DNA of 64,000 bases, taken from the IMG/VR virus record IMGVR_UViG_3300033802_000250; one strand, 5' to 3'. A program made the translations under genes and the position numbers. How positions within the stretch are numbered: position 1 is the first letter of the stretch; the number at the start of each line of letters is the position of its first letter. The notes under the pieces are model-generated. The model was not told the DNA's origin and ran no database searches. It worked only from the letters and a program-made list of their open reading frames with translations. This document shows, one piece after another, positions 48,422 through 58,136 of this stretch. The DNA comes from a virus. Taxonomy: Duplodnaviria > Caudoviricetes.

Positions 48422-48960
48422 TCTGAGCTATCCGAGAAATTCTTGAGGGCTCGCATCATCTGTTTGCGTTCCTCCGTAGCCTCGGGGCTCGTGACGATAC
48501 TGATCGGGTCATCGGTCTGATAAGCGTCGCCTTCATAATCGACCTTTACGCCATCGAAGGCGATCAGCATTTGAGGCTTCAGGATCCCGATCAATTTGTT
48601 CAAAATTTCTTGCCGCGCCTCCTGCTTTTTCTTCGTTTTGACGAAGCGCAGATGCGCGTAATAAACTTCATCCTCCGGGATTCCGAGCTTCTTCCACGCC
48701 AGTTTGAGCTTCTCTTTTTGGTCTTTGGTAATCGGATCTTTCGTCACAACCGCTACAATCGGTTTCATGGAACCAAAGCCAAATTCGATGGTCTTACCGG
48801 GGAACTTACGGATGGCGGCCTTATGCAAGTCGTCCAGCTTAACATAGTTGTGAAGATACGCATAGGCATATTTGCGATCCGGTTTCTCGAATCCCTTGGT
48901 TACTTTAACGATGGACTCGCTTACTTCGTCCAGCCATGCCTGATTTTGGGCACGATACAT
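48418..48960 (-). CDS. Degenerate uracil-DNA-glycosylase (family 4)-like protein
   Basis: FGFG...VAVV...P, LGI...VYY, LKPQMLIAF follow the UDG4 fold order. Catalytic GEAPG and HP are absent. Confidence 0.45.
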   Translation of the reverse strand: MYRAQNQAWLDEVSESIVKVTKGFEKPDRKYAYAYLHNYVKLDDLHKAAIRKFPGKTIEFGFGSMKPIVAVVTKDPITKDQKEKLKLAWKKLGIPEDEVYYAHLRFVKTKKKQEARQEILNKLIGILKPQMLIAFDGVKVDYEGDAYQTDDPISIVTSPEATEERKQMMRALKNFSDSSD

Positions 48961-48971
48961 ATCACCCCTCC

Positions 48972-49418
48972 TTACAAGACTGACATCGTGGCTATCACTA
49001 TGGTATAGAACGCGGAAAGAACAATCAATTCCCGCACACCGGATCCCGCGTTTGCCAACGAGAACATTGTCTGTTTCGGCCATAGCCACGGTACGCCCAT
49101 TTCAGTGAACGTATCCAGCATCAGGTGAACAATATACCCTGCGGCAAAAAACGCGGCGTGAAGCCATGATGCTGTAATAAACAGCCAAATGAGGCTGGCG
49201 ATGCTCATGCCGATCAGAGAATGCGTCACGTTCTTCCGGTGCGGCTTAAAGATGAGCCACAGCGGAAAAAACTTACCGAGCATGGACTTGGAATGATCGG
49301 TGTCCGGTAGCATCGTTCCTACAACACAGGACGCCATATACGGAGCCGCGAGGTCGTATTTCGCACAAACGGCGGCCCCAAGAATAAAGCCGGACACAAA
49401 ATGCGTTCTCCCTGTCAT
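48972..49418 (-). CDS. YdjM-family membrane-bound metal-dependent hydrolase
   Basis: MTGRTH, LPDTDH, HRxxTHS, HLMLD.FT..GVP..WP. Confidence 0.9.
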   Translation of the reverse strand: MTGRTHFVSGFILGAAVCAKYDLAAPYMASCVVGTMLPDTDHSKSMLGKFFPLWLIFKPHRKNVTHSLIGMSIASLIWLFITASWLHAAFFAAGYIVHLMLDTFTEMGVPWLWPKQTMFSLANAGSGVRELIVLSAFYTIVIATMSVL

Positions 49419-49447
49419 CACACCGCCCCTTACTTGGTCGTTACACC

Positions 49448-49477
49448 TAGTATGGGCGGATGTAATGCAGATTATAC
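49448..49477 (-). promoter_or_regulatory. SigG-like promoter
   Basis: Minus strand GTATA-N18-CATACTA, a perfect match to GHATR-N18-CATAHTA. Confidence 0.75.
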
Positions 49478-50014
49478 GCCGTCCACAAATTCCACCTGAT
49501 AATCCTGCATCTTCATTTGCGGTTCGGCAATGGCCGTGACGTTGCTGTCCTTCTTCAGCGTCTTGTGGATTTGCACCATCATCGGTACACAATGCTTGAG
49601 TGTCAACGCCTTCATCTCCTTGACGGCTTCCGTTTTGCTCGCAAAGCCGCCTTTGACAAACTCCAGCCCGATGTACGACCATTTGTTGAGGCCGATCGGC
49701 ACGCGCTGTGCGTAAGTATAGATCTGGTATTCCGTTTCCCACTTCCGAGCGCCCTGTTGCGGGAAATCTGCCGACTGGCACTTGCTTGGTGCCGACACTT
49801 TCTTCGGGCGCAACGGAACCACGCTCTGTACCGCCTCATAAGCAACGCCGTACAGGGCCGCCGCGACGCGCTTTGCGTGTTCCGGGCTGTACGCCTTCAC
49901 CACAGCGGACGTAACCTGTACAGACTTGATTTTGCGCTGAGAATGCATGGTCGCCGCCGAAGCGGTTTGCTCAATCGCCGTCTTCGCCAACTTCTTCGTT
50001 ACCGTCGTCGCCAT
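49472..50014 (-). CDS. Basic hypothetical protein
   Basis: GAGGAGG RBS. Confidence 0.7.
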   Translation of the reverse strand: MATTVTKKLAKTAIEQTASAATMHSQRKIKSVQVTSAVVKAYSPEHAKRVAAALYGVAYEAVQSVVPLRPKKVSAPSKCQSADFPQQGARKWETEYQIYTYAQRVPIGLNKWSYIGLEFVKGGFASKTEAVKEMKALTLKHCVPMMVQIHKTLKKDSNVTAIAEPQMKMQDYQVEFVDGV

Positions 50015-50034
50015 ATGTTATTGTCCTCCTCGTT

Positions 50035-51306
50035 TTAGATTTGAACGCCCAATCGTTCTTGGATCATGGATTTGAACAACACCTTTTCAGTGTCATCGGT
50101 AATGAGCCGGTAAATCGGCATCAATTCGTCGAGCATGTCGGCTTTGAGGCGTTGCAGTTTCTTGTCGTACTCCTCAAAGATCGACGAAGCCAGAAACATC
50201 CGGGCCGGGATGGCTTTGTCGGCGATGTATCGCCGAATCGCTTTACCCTTTTGGCCCATATAATTCATCTGCTCTGCCGGATCACGCGGCGTGGAGATAA
50301 TGACGTACACCTTGAAGCCGCGAGCAAGCAGGCGGCCAATAGTGCGCTCCATCGCCTCCCGGCCCGCTTCGTCACCGTCGTACCAGAAGTAGATGTTCTT
50401 CGTGAGCTTCTCCAGAATGTCCATCTGTTCATCGGTAAACGACGTACCGCACGTTGCGATGGTGTTCTCGATACCGCATTGATGTGCAATAATGACATCG
50501 GTATAACCCTCAACAACGAGTGCGTAACCGGCTTCTCGGATCGCCTTGCGTGCTTCGTTCAATCCGTAGAGAATCTGACCCTTCTTGTAGATCTCCGACT
50601 CTTTATCGTTGATGTACTTGGCCGAATGATCCTTGGAGCCTTTCTCATAATTCATGTCACGATATGCCATCGCAATCGTCTTGGCCTTTTTCGGATTCCA
50701 GCAGGGCTCCGTAATTCCAAAGACAAGGCGGCCTTCCAACAGCGTGCCAAAATAGGGATGACGGTATCCTTTTGGCACGAGCCCAATCCGCCATTTCTTA
50801 ATGGCGTCCCGATGAATGCCACGGCTGTCCAGATAAGCGAGCATCTTCTCGCTTTTCAGGAGCGTTTTGCAGAACAGCTTGTTGTCTTCCGTCATCTTTT
50901 GCTTCATCTTTTCGAGCTTTGCGTCCACCTTGGCTTTGGGAATCGGGATACCCGCCCGCTCCATCAGGATGACGCAGGCTTCGATATACGAACAACGTTC
51001 CATGTTCATCACAAAACCGATGACACTCGGGCCGCCATCTTCAATGGTTACGCCGTCAGGCAGGTGAAGCATGTGAGGGATGCGTTTCTCCTTGTTCTCC
51101 CATCGAGTGCCTGCCCGGCAAGCGTAACAATGATAGGTGTTGTTTTCCGTATGAAGATGCAGGCTCGGTGTCGATTCCTTATGAAAAGGGCAGATCGCTT
51201 TGTTGTTCGCGCCGAAAACGACACCGTATTCCTCCGCGACTTCCCTGAGATCATTCTCCTCAAGGATGCGATCTAGCAGTTCGTCAGTGATCGTCCCAAC
51301 CTTCAC
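50035..51306 (-). CDS. dnaG: DnaG-type DNA primase
   Basis: CHC2 finger CPFH...CYAC, KYIN, Toprim VEGYTD, GT and DGDEAG. GTG start after GGAGG. Confidence 0.92.
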   Translation of the reverse strand: MKVGTITDELLDRILEENDLREVAEEYGVVFGANNKAICPFHKESTPSLHLHTENNTYHCYACRAGTRWENKEKRIPHMLHLPDGVTIEDGGPSVIGFVMNMERCSYIEACVILMERAGIPIPKAKVDAKLEKMKQKMTEDNKLFCKTLLKSEKMLAYLDSRGIHRDAIKKWRIGLVPKGYRHPYFGTLLEGRLVFGITEPCWNPKKAKTIAMAYRDMNYEKGSKDHSAKYINDKESEIYKKGQILYGLNEARKAIREAGYALVVEGYTDVIIAHQCGIENTIATCGTSFTDEQMDILEKLTKNIYFWYDGDEAGREAMERTIGRLLARGFKVYVIISTPRDPAEQMNYMGQKGKAIRRYIADKAIPARMFLASSIFEEYDKKLQRLKADMLDELMPIYRLITDDTEKVLFKSMIQERLGVQI

Positions 51307-51334
51307 GGCCCAACCTCCCTCTCTGCAAACTTCA

Positions 51335-51358
51335 CTCTTTGCGTGACAACGCAAAGAG
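51335..51358. other. Perfect hairpin upstream of dnaG
   Basis: CTCTTTGCGT-GACA-ACGCAAAGAG. Confidence 0.6.
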
Positions 51359-51367
51359 AGCACCCCT

Positions 51368-51709
51368 TTACGGAGTGCCCTCTTTATTTTCGACAAGCGT
51401 AAGTGGCGTATAGGTAACGTAATTCATAAACCGGAGATCAAGCGGGAAGCGCCCCTTTTGGTAAAGTTCCCGTATGTACTCCAGAATGCCGGGAATGTGG
51501 ATGTCCTCGAATCCGGCCTGCGTATAGAACGACTTGAAGCTGTTGCTTCCGATGTAGACGCGCGTGATCTTGTGCGCCGTCTCGCCCTCGAAGCATTTCC
51601 TCAGCTTCGCCTCGATTTTCGGAACTTCTTCGTCGATATCGAAATCGTGGTGAATCACCCACGCAAATCCTTCAATCTGCACTTCGTTCCCTGTGAGTGC
51701 GAAGTTCAT
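51368..51709 (-). CDS. Hypothetical protein
   Basis: AAGGAG RBS. Confidence 0.65.
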   Translation of the reverse strand: MNFALTGNEVQIEGFAWVIHHDFDIDEEVPKIEAKLRKCFEGETAHKITRVYIGSNSFKSFYTQAGFEDIHIPGILEYIRELYQKGRFPLDLRFMNYVTYTPLTLVENKEGTP

Positions 51710-52316
51710 ACTTCAATTCTCCTTCTTCCGCCCCGACTTGTGTTTGGCCGGGGGCTCCGCTTACTTTGCTGTCGGGTTTGACCCAACGGCAGGATTGACG
51801 CTCACAACGGAGCGCGTACTGATCCGTGCCCGGCAGATGCTCCATATACATTTCACCGCCGCAATGGCACAGATGTTCTTGATCCATCTCGAAGAAGACG
51901 AGCGGTTTATGGTAAGCGAAATTCCACTTCCAGAAGGCGTCTTTCTCGCCGCACTCCTCGCAGACAACTTCGCATTCGGGCCGGTCGATCAAATCATATT
52001 GCACATCGTTCCACTCCGACGACGGGAATCCGACAGCAACGCCGTCTACTGACATCTGAAGCAGATATCCCTGTGCATGATCCTGTCCGATCTGAATATT
52101 CGGCGAACAAATCATCTTGTGCGCTTGTCCGCAATAAGGACACCTGAAGTGTAGATCCCGGGGCGGAACAACATGCGACATGTTCTTGATCCGTTGACGA
52201 CGGCGTTCCTGTTCCGATACTTCGTTGTTTTCAAGAAACTGCTCGTGATAATAACGGATCTGGAACTTGTGTTTGAACGGCAGTTTATTCCAAAGCCCCT
52301 TCAACCAGTTCAACAT
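51672..52316 (-). CDS. Multi-zinc-ribbon protein
   Basis: CPYCG, CEECG, CHCGG, CERQSC. Confidence 0.7.
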   Translation of the reverse strand: MLNWLKGLWNKLPFKHKFQIRYYHEQFLENNEVSEQERRRQRIKNMSHVVPPRDLHFRCPYCGQAHKMICSPNIQIGQDHAQGYLLQMSVDGVAVGFPSSEWNDVQYDLIDRPECEVVCEECGEKDAFWKWNFAYHKPLVFFEMDQEHLCHCGGEMYMEHLPGTDQYALRCERQSCRWVKPDSKVSGAPGQTQVGAEEGELKYELRTHRERSAD

Positions 52317-52322
52317 CAGGTA

Positions 52323-52652
52323 TCACTCCTTGATACGGGCTTCTCTGATCACTCCGGTTTCCCGATTCAGAACAAGCCCGATATTTCTTGGGATGCCGAG
52401 TTCCGCACGGATCTCATCCCAAACCGCTCGTTCTTCCAAAAAGATAGTTCCAAGTTCTTGCGTCATCATGGACAGCATTCCTTGGACTCCTTCGCGTTTC
52501 GCTTCAATCTTCCGCATTTTGTCCAGCAAGCTCGGCGGACATTGGTGCGTTTTTCCCGGGACAATCTGCGGAACCTTATCCCCCTCGACAGTCGTTACCG
52601 TCTTGACGCCGAAATGGCTCCAAAAGCCAAGCAGTTTTTCGACGATTTTCAC
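52323..52652 (-). CDS. Hypothetical protein
   Basis: AAGGAGG RBS before GTG 52652. Confidence 0.6.
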   Translation of the reverse strand: MKIVEKLLGFWSHFGVKTVTTVEGDKVPQIVPGKTHQCPPSLLDKMRKIEAKREGVQGMLSMMTQELGTIFLEERAVWDEIRAELGIPRNIGLVLNRETGVIREARIKE

Positions 52653-52665
52653 AATGAATGCCTCC

Positions 52666-53187
52666 TTATACTTCATGATACCAGCCAAGTACATGATTGC
52701 GAATGCGTAACTGCTTCTCGTGCGTATCAACCCATTGTGTGGAGAACCACTCGGCTTTCGTGTACTCCTCCACCATAATCGGTTCCCCCGTATCTTCCGT
52801 CGTTTCAACGGGCGGATCCACTGTTGTATCCCAAAAGAGCGGATTCCCATCCGCATCTTTTTTCTGTACCTCGACTTTGGTGTTTTCTCGATACGGGATA
52901 GGATCCAGATCCGGGATAACCGGTGCATCTTTGATGATTTCAAAGTGAGGCCAATACACATACCGGGCACAGATGGGCGTGCCGTCTTCCTGAATCAATT
53001 GGTAATCGCAATGGATACCTTCACTTGGTTTCAGTTCGCAGACGGCCCGCCGTTCATTCTTGAGCCCGTGTTCAAAGAACCGATTTTTGAAGTAGTCGCA
53101 TTGATTATCAGCTTCCGTTGGGGTGGTGTAGCCGCGTGTGCGATCAAGACTCCCATTCAATTTCGGTCTCATCGTCAACAATCCCAT
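52666..53187 (-). CDS. Hypothetical protein (start uncertain)
   Basis: ORF fills the gap with typical codon usage. Confidence 0.55.
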   Translation of the reverse strand: MGLLTMRPKLNGSLDRTRGYTTPTEADNQCDYFKNRFFEHGLKNERRAVCELKPSEGIHCDYQLIQEDGTPICARYVYWPHFEIIKDAPVIPDLDPIPYRENTKVEVQKKDADGNPLFWDTTVDPPVETTEDTGEPIMVEEYTKAEWFSTQWVDTHEKQLRIRNHVLGWYHEV

Positions 53188-53857
53188 CGTCAGGCTGAAG
53201 GTCTTGCTCCCTCAGCACCGTTTTCCCGCTGACAAGTTGGCTAATAAACGTCTTGTCGGCAGTTTGCGCCAGATGCGGCTGGTGCGTCACCATGATAATT
53301 TGGCGATCAAATGTCTTGCCGATGAAGTCAACGAACTCGCCAAACTTCACGATGTAATCCTCTGATACGTGCTTGCCCGGCTCATCGAGCAAGATCGGGC
53401 CTTGTATCTTAGGATTATTATATACCACCATCGTTGCCACTTGGAGTGCCGTTGCGACAATGTCATTTACGCCACCGCCGCGCGAATCCTGCGGCTCGTT
53501 CTTGATCTTCTCGCCATTCGGATTCTCACTGACAACATAGAAGTTGGCAACCGGTTTTCCGCCGGATTCGGCCAGTTCGATCTCGAAGGTGAAGGACGGC
53601 CCGAATACGGATTGTAATGCCTTCGTAACAACCTTCTCCATCCGTTGCCTGCCGGATTCCCGGGCGGCATCGGCGGTTGCGATCAGCGTCGAAACCACCT
53701 TCTCCAGATGGAGTTTGGTTTGAGCCCGCTTGTCGATTTTGTCCTGCTCCGCATCGCGTTCCTCCACAAGCAGATCATGGGCCGCCTGCCGCTGAGCGTA
53801 ATGCTTCTCCAATTCGTGGAGCCGCGTTTTAAACAACTCCGTGTAATGGCTCGCCAT
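53144..53857 (-). CDS. SbcC/Rad50 C-terminal half
   Basis: Coiled coil, signature-like SRGGG, Walker B ILLDEP, H-loop VTHQ. No Walker A. Confidence 0.85.
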   Translation of the reverse strand: MASHYTELFKTRLHELEKHYAQRQAAHDLLVEERDAEQDKIDKRAQTKLHLEKVVSTLIATADAARESGRQRMEKVVTKALQSVFGPSFTFEIELAESGGKPVANFYVVSENPNGEKIKNEPQDSRGGGVNDIVATALQVATMVVYNNPKIQGPILLDEPGKHVSEDYIVKFGEFVDFIGKTFDRQIIMVTHQPHLAQTADKTFISQLVSGKTVLREQDLQPDDGIVDDETEIEWES

Positions 53858-54579
53858 CAGAACACCTCCATTCTGTGAAAGACGACCTCCAGCTTATCAA
53901 GTGCCTTCGGCTTGTTGAAACGAATAGCATTTGCGATACGTTGCTCCCATTGTTCGGCGTGCGAAGGATCGCGAAGTTCAAATTCTGGATCCACCCGAAG
54001 CAGGATCGACACCTGCCGTGGATAATCCATGAATAGCGTCTGCACCGACGCAATGCCTTCGATGGAAGTCAGCGCATGAACCAGTGTATCCATGAAACTG
54101 ACATTGACGACGTTATGCTCAATCGGCTGTTCTTCTTCCTGTGTTTGGCTTGCCCGCCGCTCAACAACCTTTAGGAACTGTTCGTAGATGACATCCATGA
54201 GGAACTGGTAATCATCTTCGCTGAGTTCAAAATGCTCGCCGAGCGGCGATGAGGTGTGCCTTATCATGTTTCGGATAACCTGCTGGAGCAACTTCCGGTT
54301 GTTGATGTACGCCAATTGTCCATCGGCATAATATGCGTTGTAATCCTCGAAGAACGGCTTACCCGAATTAGGCTTGGTAGTTACGTGGTACATTCCGCCA
54401 TTGGTTTGGACAAATCCATCCAATGAATCGAACACCTGTTGCTTGATGTTCTTGAACAGATCGTCCACGTTTACGTTAAGGGACTGAAGAAATTCTGTAC
54501 CGCCACTGTTGCTGTTTGATTTCTCTGGCGGCTCATTCGTCCTCGTCGTCTTCATCGTCATCACCCGGCAGGCATTCAC
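53857..54579 (-). CDS. Hypothetical protein (start uncertain)
   Basis: Long ORF located between the SbcC halves. Confidence 0.6.
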   Translation of the reverse strand: MNACRVMTMKTTRTNEPPEKSNSNSGGTEFLQSLNVNVDDLFKNIKQQVFDSLDGFVQTNGGMYHVTTKPNSGKPFFEDYNAYYADGQLAYINNRKLLQQVIRNMIRHTSSPLGEHFELSEDDYQFLMDVIYEQFLKVVERRASQTQEEEQPIEHNVVNVSFMDTLVHALTSIEGIASVQTLFMDYPRQVSILLRVDPEFELRDPSHAEQWEQRIANAIRFNKPKALDKLEVVFHRMEVF

Positions 54580-54796
54580 GGATGGACTCGATGGTTTGTT
54601 CGAGTTCCCTTTCCTTCTCCTCGATGGCCTTCTTCAGATCCTTGGGGTCAATTCCCTTCGCCTTCAGCCGGTCGATGGCCGCCTGACGGCGCTTCTTCGC
54701 TTCCTCCAGTCGGGTGCTGATCTTGGTTTGCTCCGTTTGCGCCGATTGAAGTTCGCGCTTGACTTCCTTCAGTTCTTGTTCCCACGTTTTTGCCAT
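54533..54796 (-). CDS. Small coiled-coil protein (possible middle piece of the split SbcC)
   Basis: Pure heptad pattern with an acidic tail. GGGAGG RBS. Confidence 0.65.
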   Translation of the reverse strand: MAKTWEQELKEVKRELQSAQTEQTKISTRLEEAKKRRQAAIDRLKAKGIDPKDLKKAIEEKERELEQTIESIRECLPGDDDEDDEDE

Positions 54797-55008
54797 GCTG
54801 GATACCTCCCTATTTTCTTCACTACAAGATTGTCGCCGATGGTAATCGGCGGTTGTTTGGCTTCTGTGCCATCGTCATTCAGCAGTTGAATGCGTAGCAA
54901 GGTAACGTTGGGATTGAGGGATGGAAAGGTGCGCAACACCCTCCACCCCCTGTTTTCGAGAAAGGGATGCCGGATGCGGATGACATCATCAACATCATAC
55001 AGCATCAA
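54769..55008 (-). CDS. Small hypothetical protein
   Basis: ORF tiles with its neighbours. Confidence 0.5.
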   Translation of the reverse strand: MMLYDVDDVIRIRHPFLENRGWRVLRTFPSLNPNVTLLRIQLLNDDGTEAKQPPITIGDNLVVKKIGRYPAWQKRGNKN

Positions 55009-57313
55009 TCACATGCTCCATATGCTCGGCATCCAAATCTTGCCGACACATCGGACATTTGTTGCCGAGCCGCGCAAAGATATCTTTGACCTTTGTTTGA
55101 AGCGACGTTTCAATGTCCCTCCAATAATCCAGCGATTCATTGAAGGTGCGAATATCCGCATCCGCCGAATTCAACTCGTCATGAAGCTGTCGGAGTTCAT
55201 AGAGTCCATCCATGAGGGCTTCGGCTTGCTCGACAAGAGTCTGCGCCTGCGACAAATCGCCGAAGCGGGATAACTGCTTCTCGTATGTGGAGACGGCGTC
55301 TTCCGCTTCAACCAGATCGGCGTACATCTCCTCAAGCTCATTTAGCTCCCGCGTAAGCTCCTCTGCCTTCTGGAAGTTTTGCTCCGCTTCATCCAGACGG
55401 TCAAAAGCCCGCAGGCGCTCCGTATACACCTTCACATCGCGGCTGGCCTCCGCCAAATCGTCAGCCATGATCTCCAGATCCCGGAGTTCTTCCGCCATGC
55501 GTTCCGCCTTCTCCAGCCGCTTCTCGGCTTTTGGCAGATCGGCGAACTCCTTGAGTTGTTTCTTGTAGGTGACGATGTCATTGTCCGCGCTAGCGATCTC
55601 GGCCTGCATGTCGCGCAGTTCGTCGAGTTCTTTCTCCTGCCGCTCCAGCTTTTGAATCAGAAGCGTCGCAAGATCAATTTGCTGTTTGAGTTGCGGAAGG
55701 TCGTCGTATTCCTTGAGCTTTTCGTTGAGTTCTTCAATCCGCTTTTCTGCGGCATTGATGTCTTTGGTCAGGTTCAGGAGATCTTTGCGCTTTTCTTTGA
55801 TTGCACTATCGACAAAATGCACGCCTGTAAGTCGTCCAATAACAGCCGCTCTAACTGAAGGCGGCTCCGAGAGCAGGAAATGTCCATCCAATTGATACGC
55901 AAAGTTGAGAGAACGCTCAATTCCCGGAGCGAGTTCAACTCTTGGCATCTGGTGTGTATTTGCCACATCAATTGGAATATTGTTAGAGAAACCCTTGAAC
56001 TCCTGCGTCTTCCCGTGAGCGTCACCCACAATGTAGCTTCCTGCGTCGGAGTTAGTGCGCGTTCTTGTAATAAAAGAACCATCGCTGAAACGAACAGTGA
56101 CCGTAGCTCTGGACTCGCCATGCCGGATAAAATCCGATCCCTTGGGCTCGTTGTAAAGCGCCCAACGGAGAGCCCGAATAATGGCCGATTTTCCACTATC
56201 ACTCGCCCCCGTAATTGCATTGAGTCCCTTCGGTGAGAACTCGATCTTCGTATGCTTGTGGCTTTGGAAATTTTCGATCTCGATCTCGGTGATTGCAATC
56301 GAGCGGCGTTTCTCGATGTAGCCGTCGAGCTTATTGTCTTGAATAGCCTTTTCGGCTTCAACAATGGCCTCGAACGCCGCATCCAGAACATCCTGCTCGA
56401 TGTTGTTGCTCTTGGACAGTTCAGCCAGCACGTCTTTCGGATCGAAGGCATCGAACGTCATAGCATCCGCAATCGTTTGCTCGAACGCTTCCAGATAACG
56501 CTCATGCACCTTTGCTTCGTCGATGGGCGTGCGGTCAAATACCTCATCGCCCGGCATCGCCGTTGCGTATTCCACGAACGTCACGTCGATCTTCTTCTTC
56601 GTAGCCTCGATGATCGCGTACTGCGGAATCCGGTCGATGTTGCCTTTAGAGCCTTCGTCACGCCCGGTGGAACCGGGGTTTCCGAAAATCGTGCCGTTCT
56701 CCTCGTGGATTTCCATACCCGGATGATAATGACCATTCAGAACGACATGCGCTTTGGTGCGCACATCCTTCGTCAGCGTGTGGCGCACATCCGGGTGGAA
56801 CGGTTTCTGGAGCAACATGCCGTGCGAAAACAGCACGTTCCATCTGGCATTGTATGACGGATCCACTTGGTAATCAGCCGGGCTCGTATCAATGTCTTTG
56901 TCGTATTCCCGGCCAAAGATTTCGACCGTCACGCCTTTGGCGTCGGTCAGAAGGTAACTGCGTTTGCGCGTCAGCAGTTTGACAAGGCCAGACTCCGACA
57001 GGACACCAATGGCCGTTTGGTCGATGGTGTCCATCGAATACCCGAATAGGTCGTGATTGCCGGGCACAAGATAGATCGGAATGCCAAGCTCACGGATGCG
57101 CCGGAAGATCTTCGCGTATTGTACGATGATCGAAAACGCGACGCGCGGCGTATCAAACAAGTCGCCGCCGAAGACAACCGCGTCCGGCTTCTCGTAGATG
57201 CACGCTTGCTCGAACTCCAGCATCTTCTTGTACAGCGCCAACGGATAATCGTCGATCCGGGATCCGGGGTTTCGGCCTTTGATGTGGTGGTCTGTAGCGT
57301 ACAGGATCTTCAT
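54995..57313 (-). CDS. SbcD/Mre11 nuclease fused to the SbcC/Rad50 N-terminal half
   Basis: DHH, GGDLFD, GNHD and GHYH, then IENFQSH, Walker A GASDSGKS, Q-loop, coiled coil, ending at the CPMC hook. Confidence 0.9.
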   Translation of the reverse strand: MKILYATDHHIKGRNPGSRIDDYPLALYKKMLEFEQACIYEKPDAVVFGGDLFDTPRVAFSIIVQYAKIFRRIRELGIPIYLVPGNHDLFGYSMDTIDQTAIGVLSESGLVKLLTRKRSYLLTDAKGVTVEIFGREYDKDIDTSPADYQVDPSYNARWNVLFSHGMLLQKPFHPDVRHTLTKDVRTKAHVVLNGHYHPGMEIHEENGTIFGNPGSTGRDEGSKGNIDRIPQYAIIEATKKKIDVTFVEYATAMPGDEVFDRTPIDEAKVHERYLEAFEQTIADAMTFDAFDPKDVLAELSKSNNIEQDVLDAAFEAIVEAEKAIQDNKLDGYIEKRRSIAITEIEIENFQSHKHTKIEFSPKGLNAITGASDSGKSAIIRALRWALYNEPKGSDFIRHGESRATVTVRFSDGSFITRTRTNSDAGSYIVGDAHGKTQEFKGFSNNIPIDVANTHQMPRVELAPGIERSLNFAYQLDGHFLLSEPPSVRAAVIGRLTGVHFVDSAIKEKRKDLLNLTKDINAAEKRIEELNEKLKEYDDLPQLKQQIDLATLLIQKLERQEKELDELRDMQAEIASADNDIVTYKKQLKEFADLPKAEKRLEKAERMAEELRDLEIMADDLAEASRDVKVYTERLRAFDRLDEAEQNFQKAEELTRELNELEEMYADLVEAEDAVSTYEKQLSRFGDLSQAQTLVEQAEALMDGLYELRQLHDELNSADADIRTFNESLDYWRDIETSLQTKVKDIFARLGNKCPMCRQDLDAEHMEHVIDAV

Positions 57314-57332
57314 GACTTCGCCTCCTTATTGT

Positions 57333-57698
57333 TTACTGTTCGCCGTCGCACTCCTCATACCCGATAATCTCGATGCCAACCAAATAGCTTTGCGCTTCCT
57401 CCAAATCAAGTTCGATTGGGCTTTTGGTCGGGTGAGTCAACCGGATATATTCGACCTCGACGTACTTCCCTTCTTCGTCTTCATATGGGATGCAATGCGC
57501 GGCATTCTTGCCGCGTTCCATACACACGACAAGACCGGTGGACAAATCGGTGAAGTTGCCGAGAATGTCGCCACCGTAGCAGTCGCCGCCGAGTTCGCTG
57601 ATGACTTCTGCGCGATGTTCCCCGCAAAGGAACTTGAGCAGTACGGTGTGTTTGACGATGTCGGCCTCAATGTCCGGCGCATCATACTTCTGAAGCAT
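57333..57698 (-). CDS. Acidic hypothetical protein
   Basis: AAGGAGG RBS. Confidence 0.65.
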   Translation of the reverse strand: MLQKYDAPDIEADIVKHTVLLKFLCGEHRAEVISELGGDCYGGDILGNFTDLSTGLVVCMERGKNAAHCIPYEDEEGKYVEVEYIRLTHPTKSPIELDLEEAQSYLVGIEIIGYEECDGEQ

Positions 57699-58125
57699 CG
57701 TCCAGACCTCCTTCTTCGGCGGCGCATTCCTTTTCCGCTTCTGCGATTTGTTTTAGCGCCTTAACATACCACACGTTGCTGATTTCTTCATCGGTGATGT
57801 CCTTGAGTTGATCCTGACTTTCGATGCGGCTCCACCAGCTTTCGCAACCATAAATGATTTTGTTGAGGTCGGGCACGAACATGGCGGGGTTGTGCAACGC
57901 AAAGTCGATCTCCAGCTTCTTGGTTTCCTGATTGTAAACCGCACGGATAGATTGCGCAACATCACCGATGTAGACGCCAAGGTATGTCTTGTTGCCGTAT
58001 TCCCCGCCTGCCGGACGCACGCGAACCAAATCGCCGACTTTACAACCGTATTCCCGGGATTCGATGGCACGGCCCTGACCCCAATCAATACCATGAATTT
58101 CAATCGGATACTGGATTTTTGGCAT
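57682..58125 (-). CDS. Hypothetical protein with SH3-like start
   Basis: KVGDLVRVRP. AAGGAGG RBS. Confidence 0.7.
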   Translation of the reverse strand: MPKIQYPIEIHGIDWGQGRAIESREYGCKVGDLVRVRPAGGEYGNKTYLGVYIGDVAQSIRAVYNQETKKLEIDFALHNPAMFVPDLNKIIYGCESWWSRIESQDQLKDITDEEISNVWYVKALKQIAEAEKECAAEEGGLDDASEV

Positions 58126-58136
58126 ATGAGTCCTCC

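Noticed and set aside
48972-49781. Extended N-termini in the ORF track (also 43533-46157, 40994-42163, 50035-51396, 47361-48044, 35272-36501)
   Set aside because: They overlap upstream genes. RBS-supported or motif-supported downstream starts were used instead.
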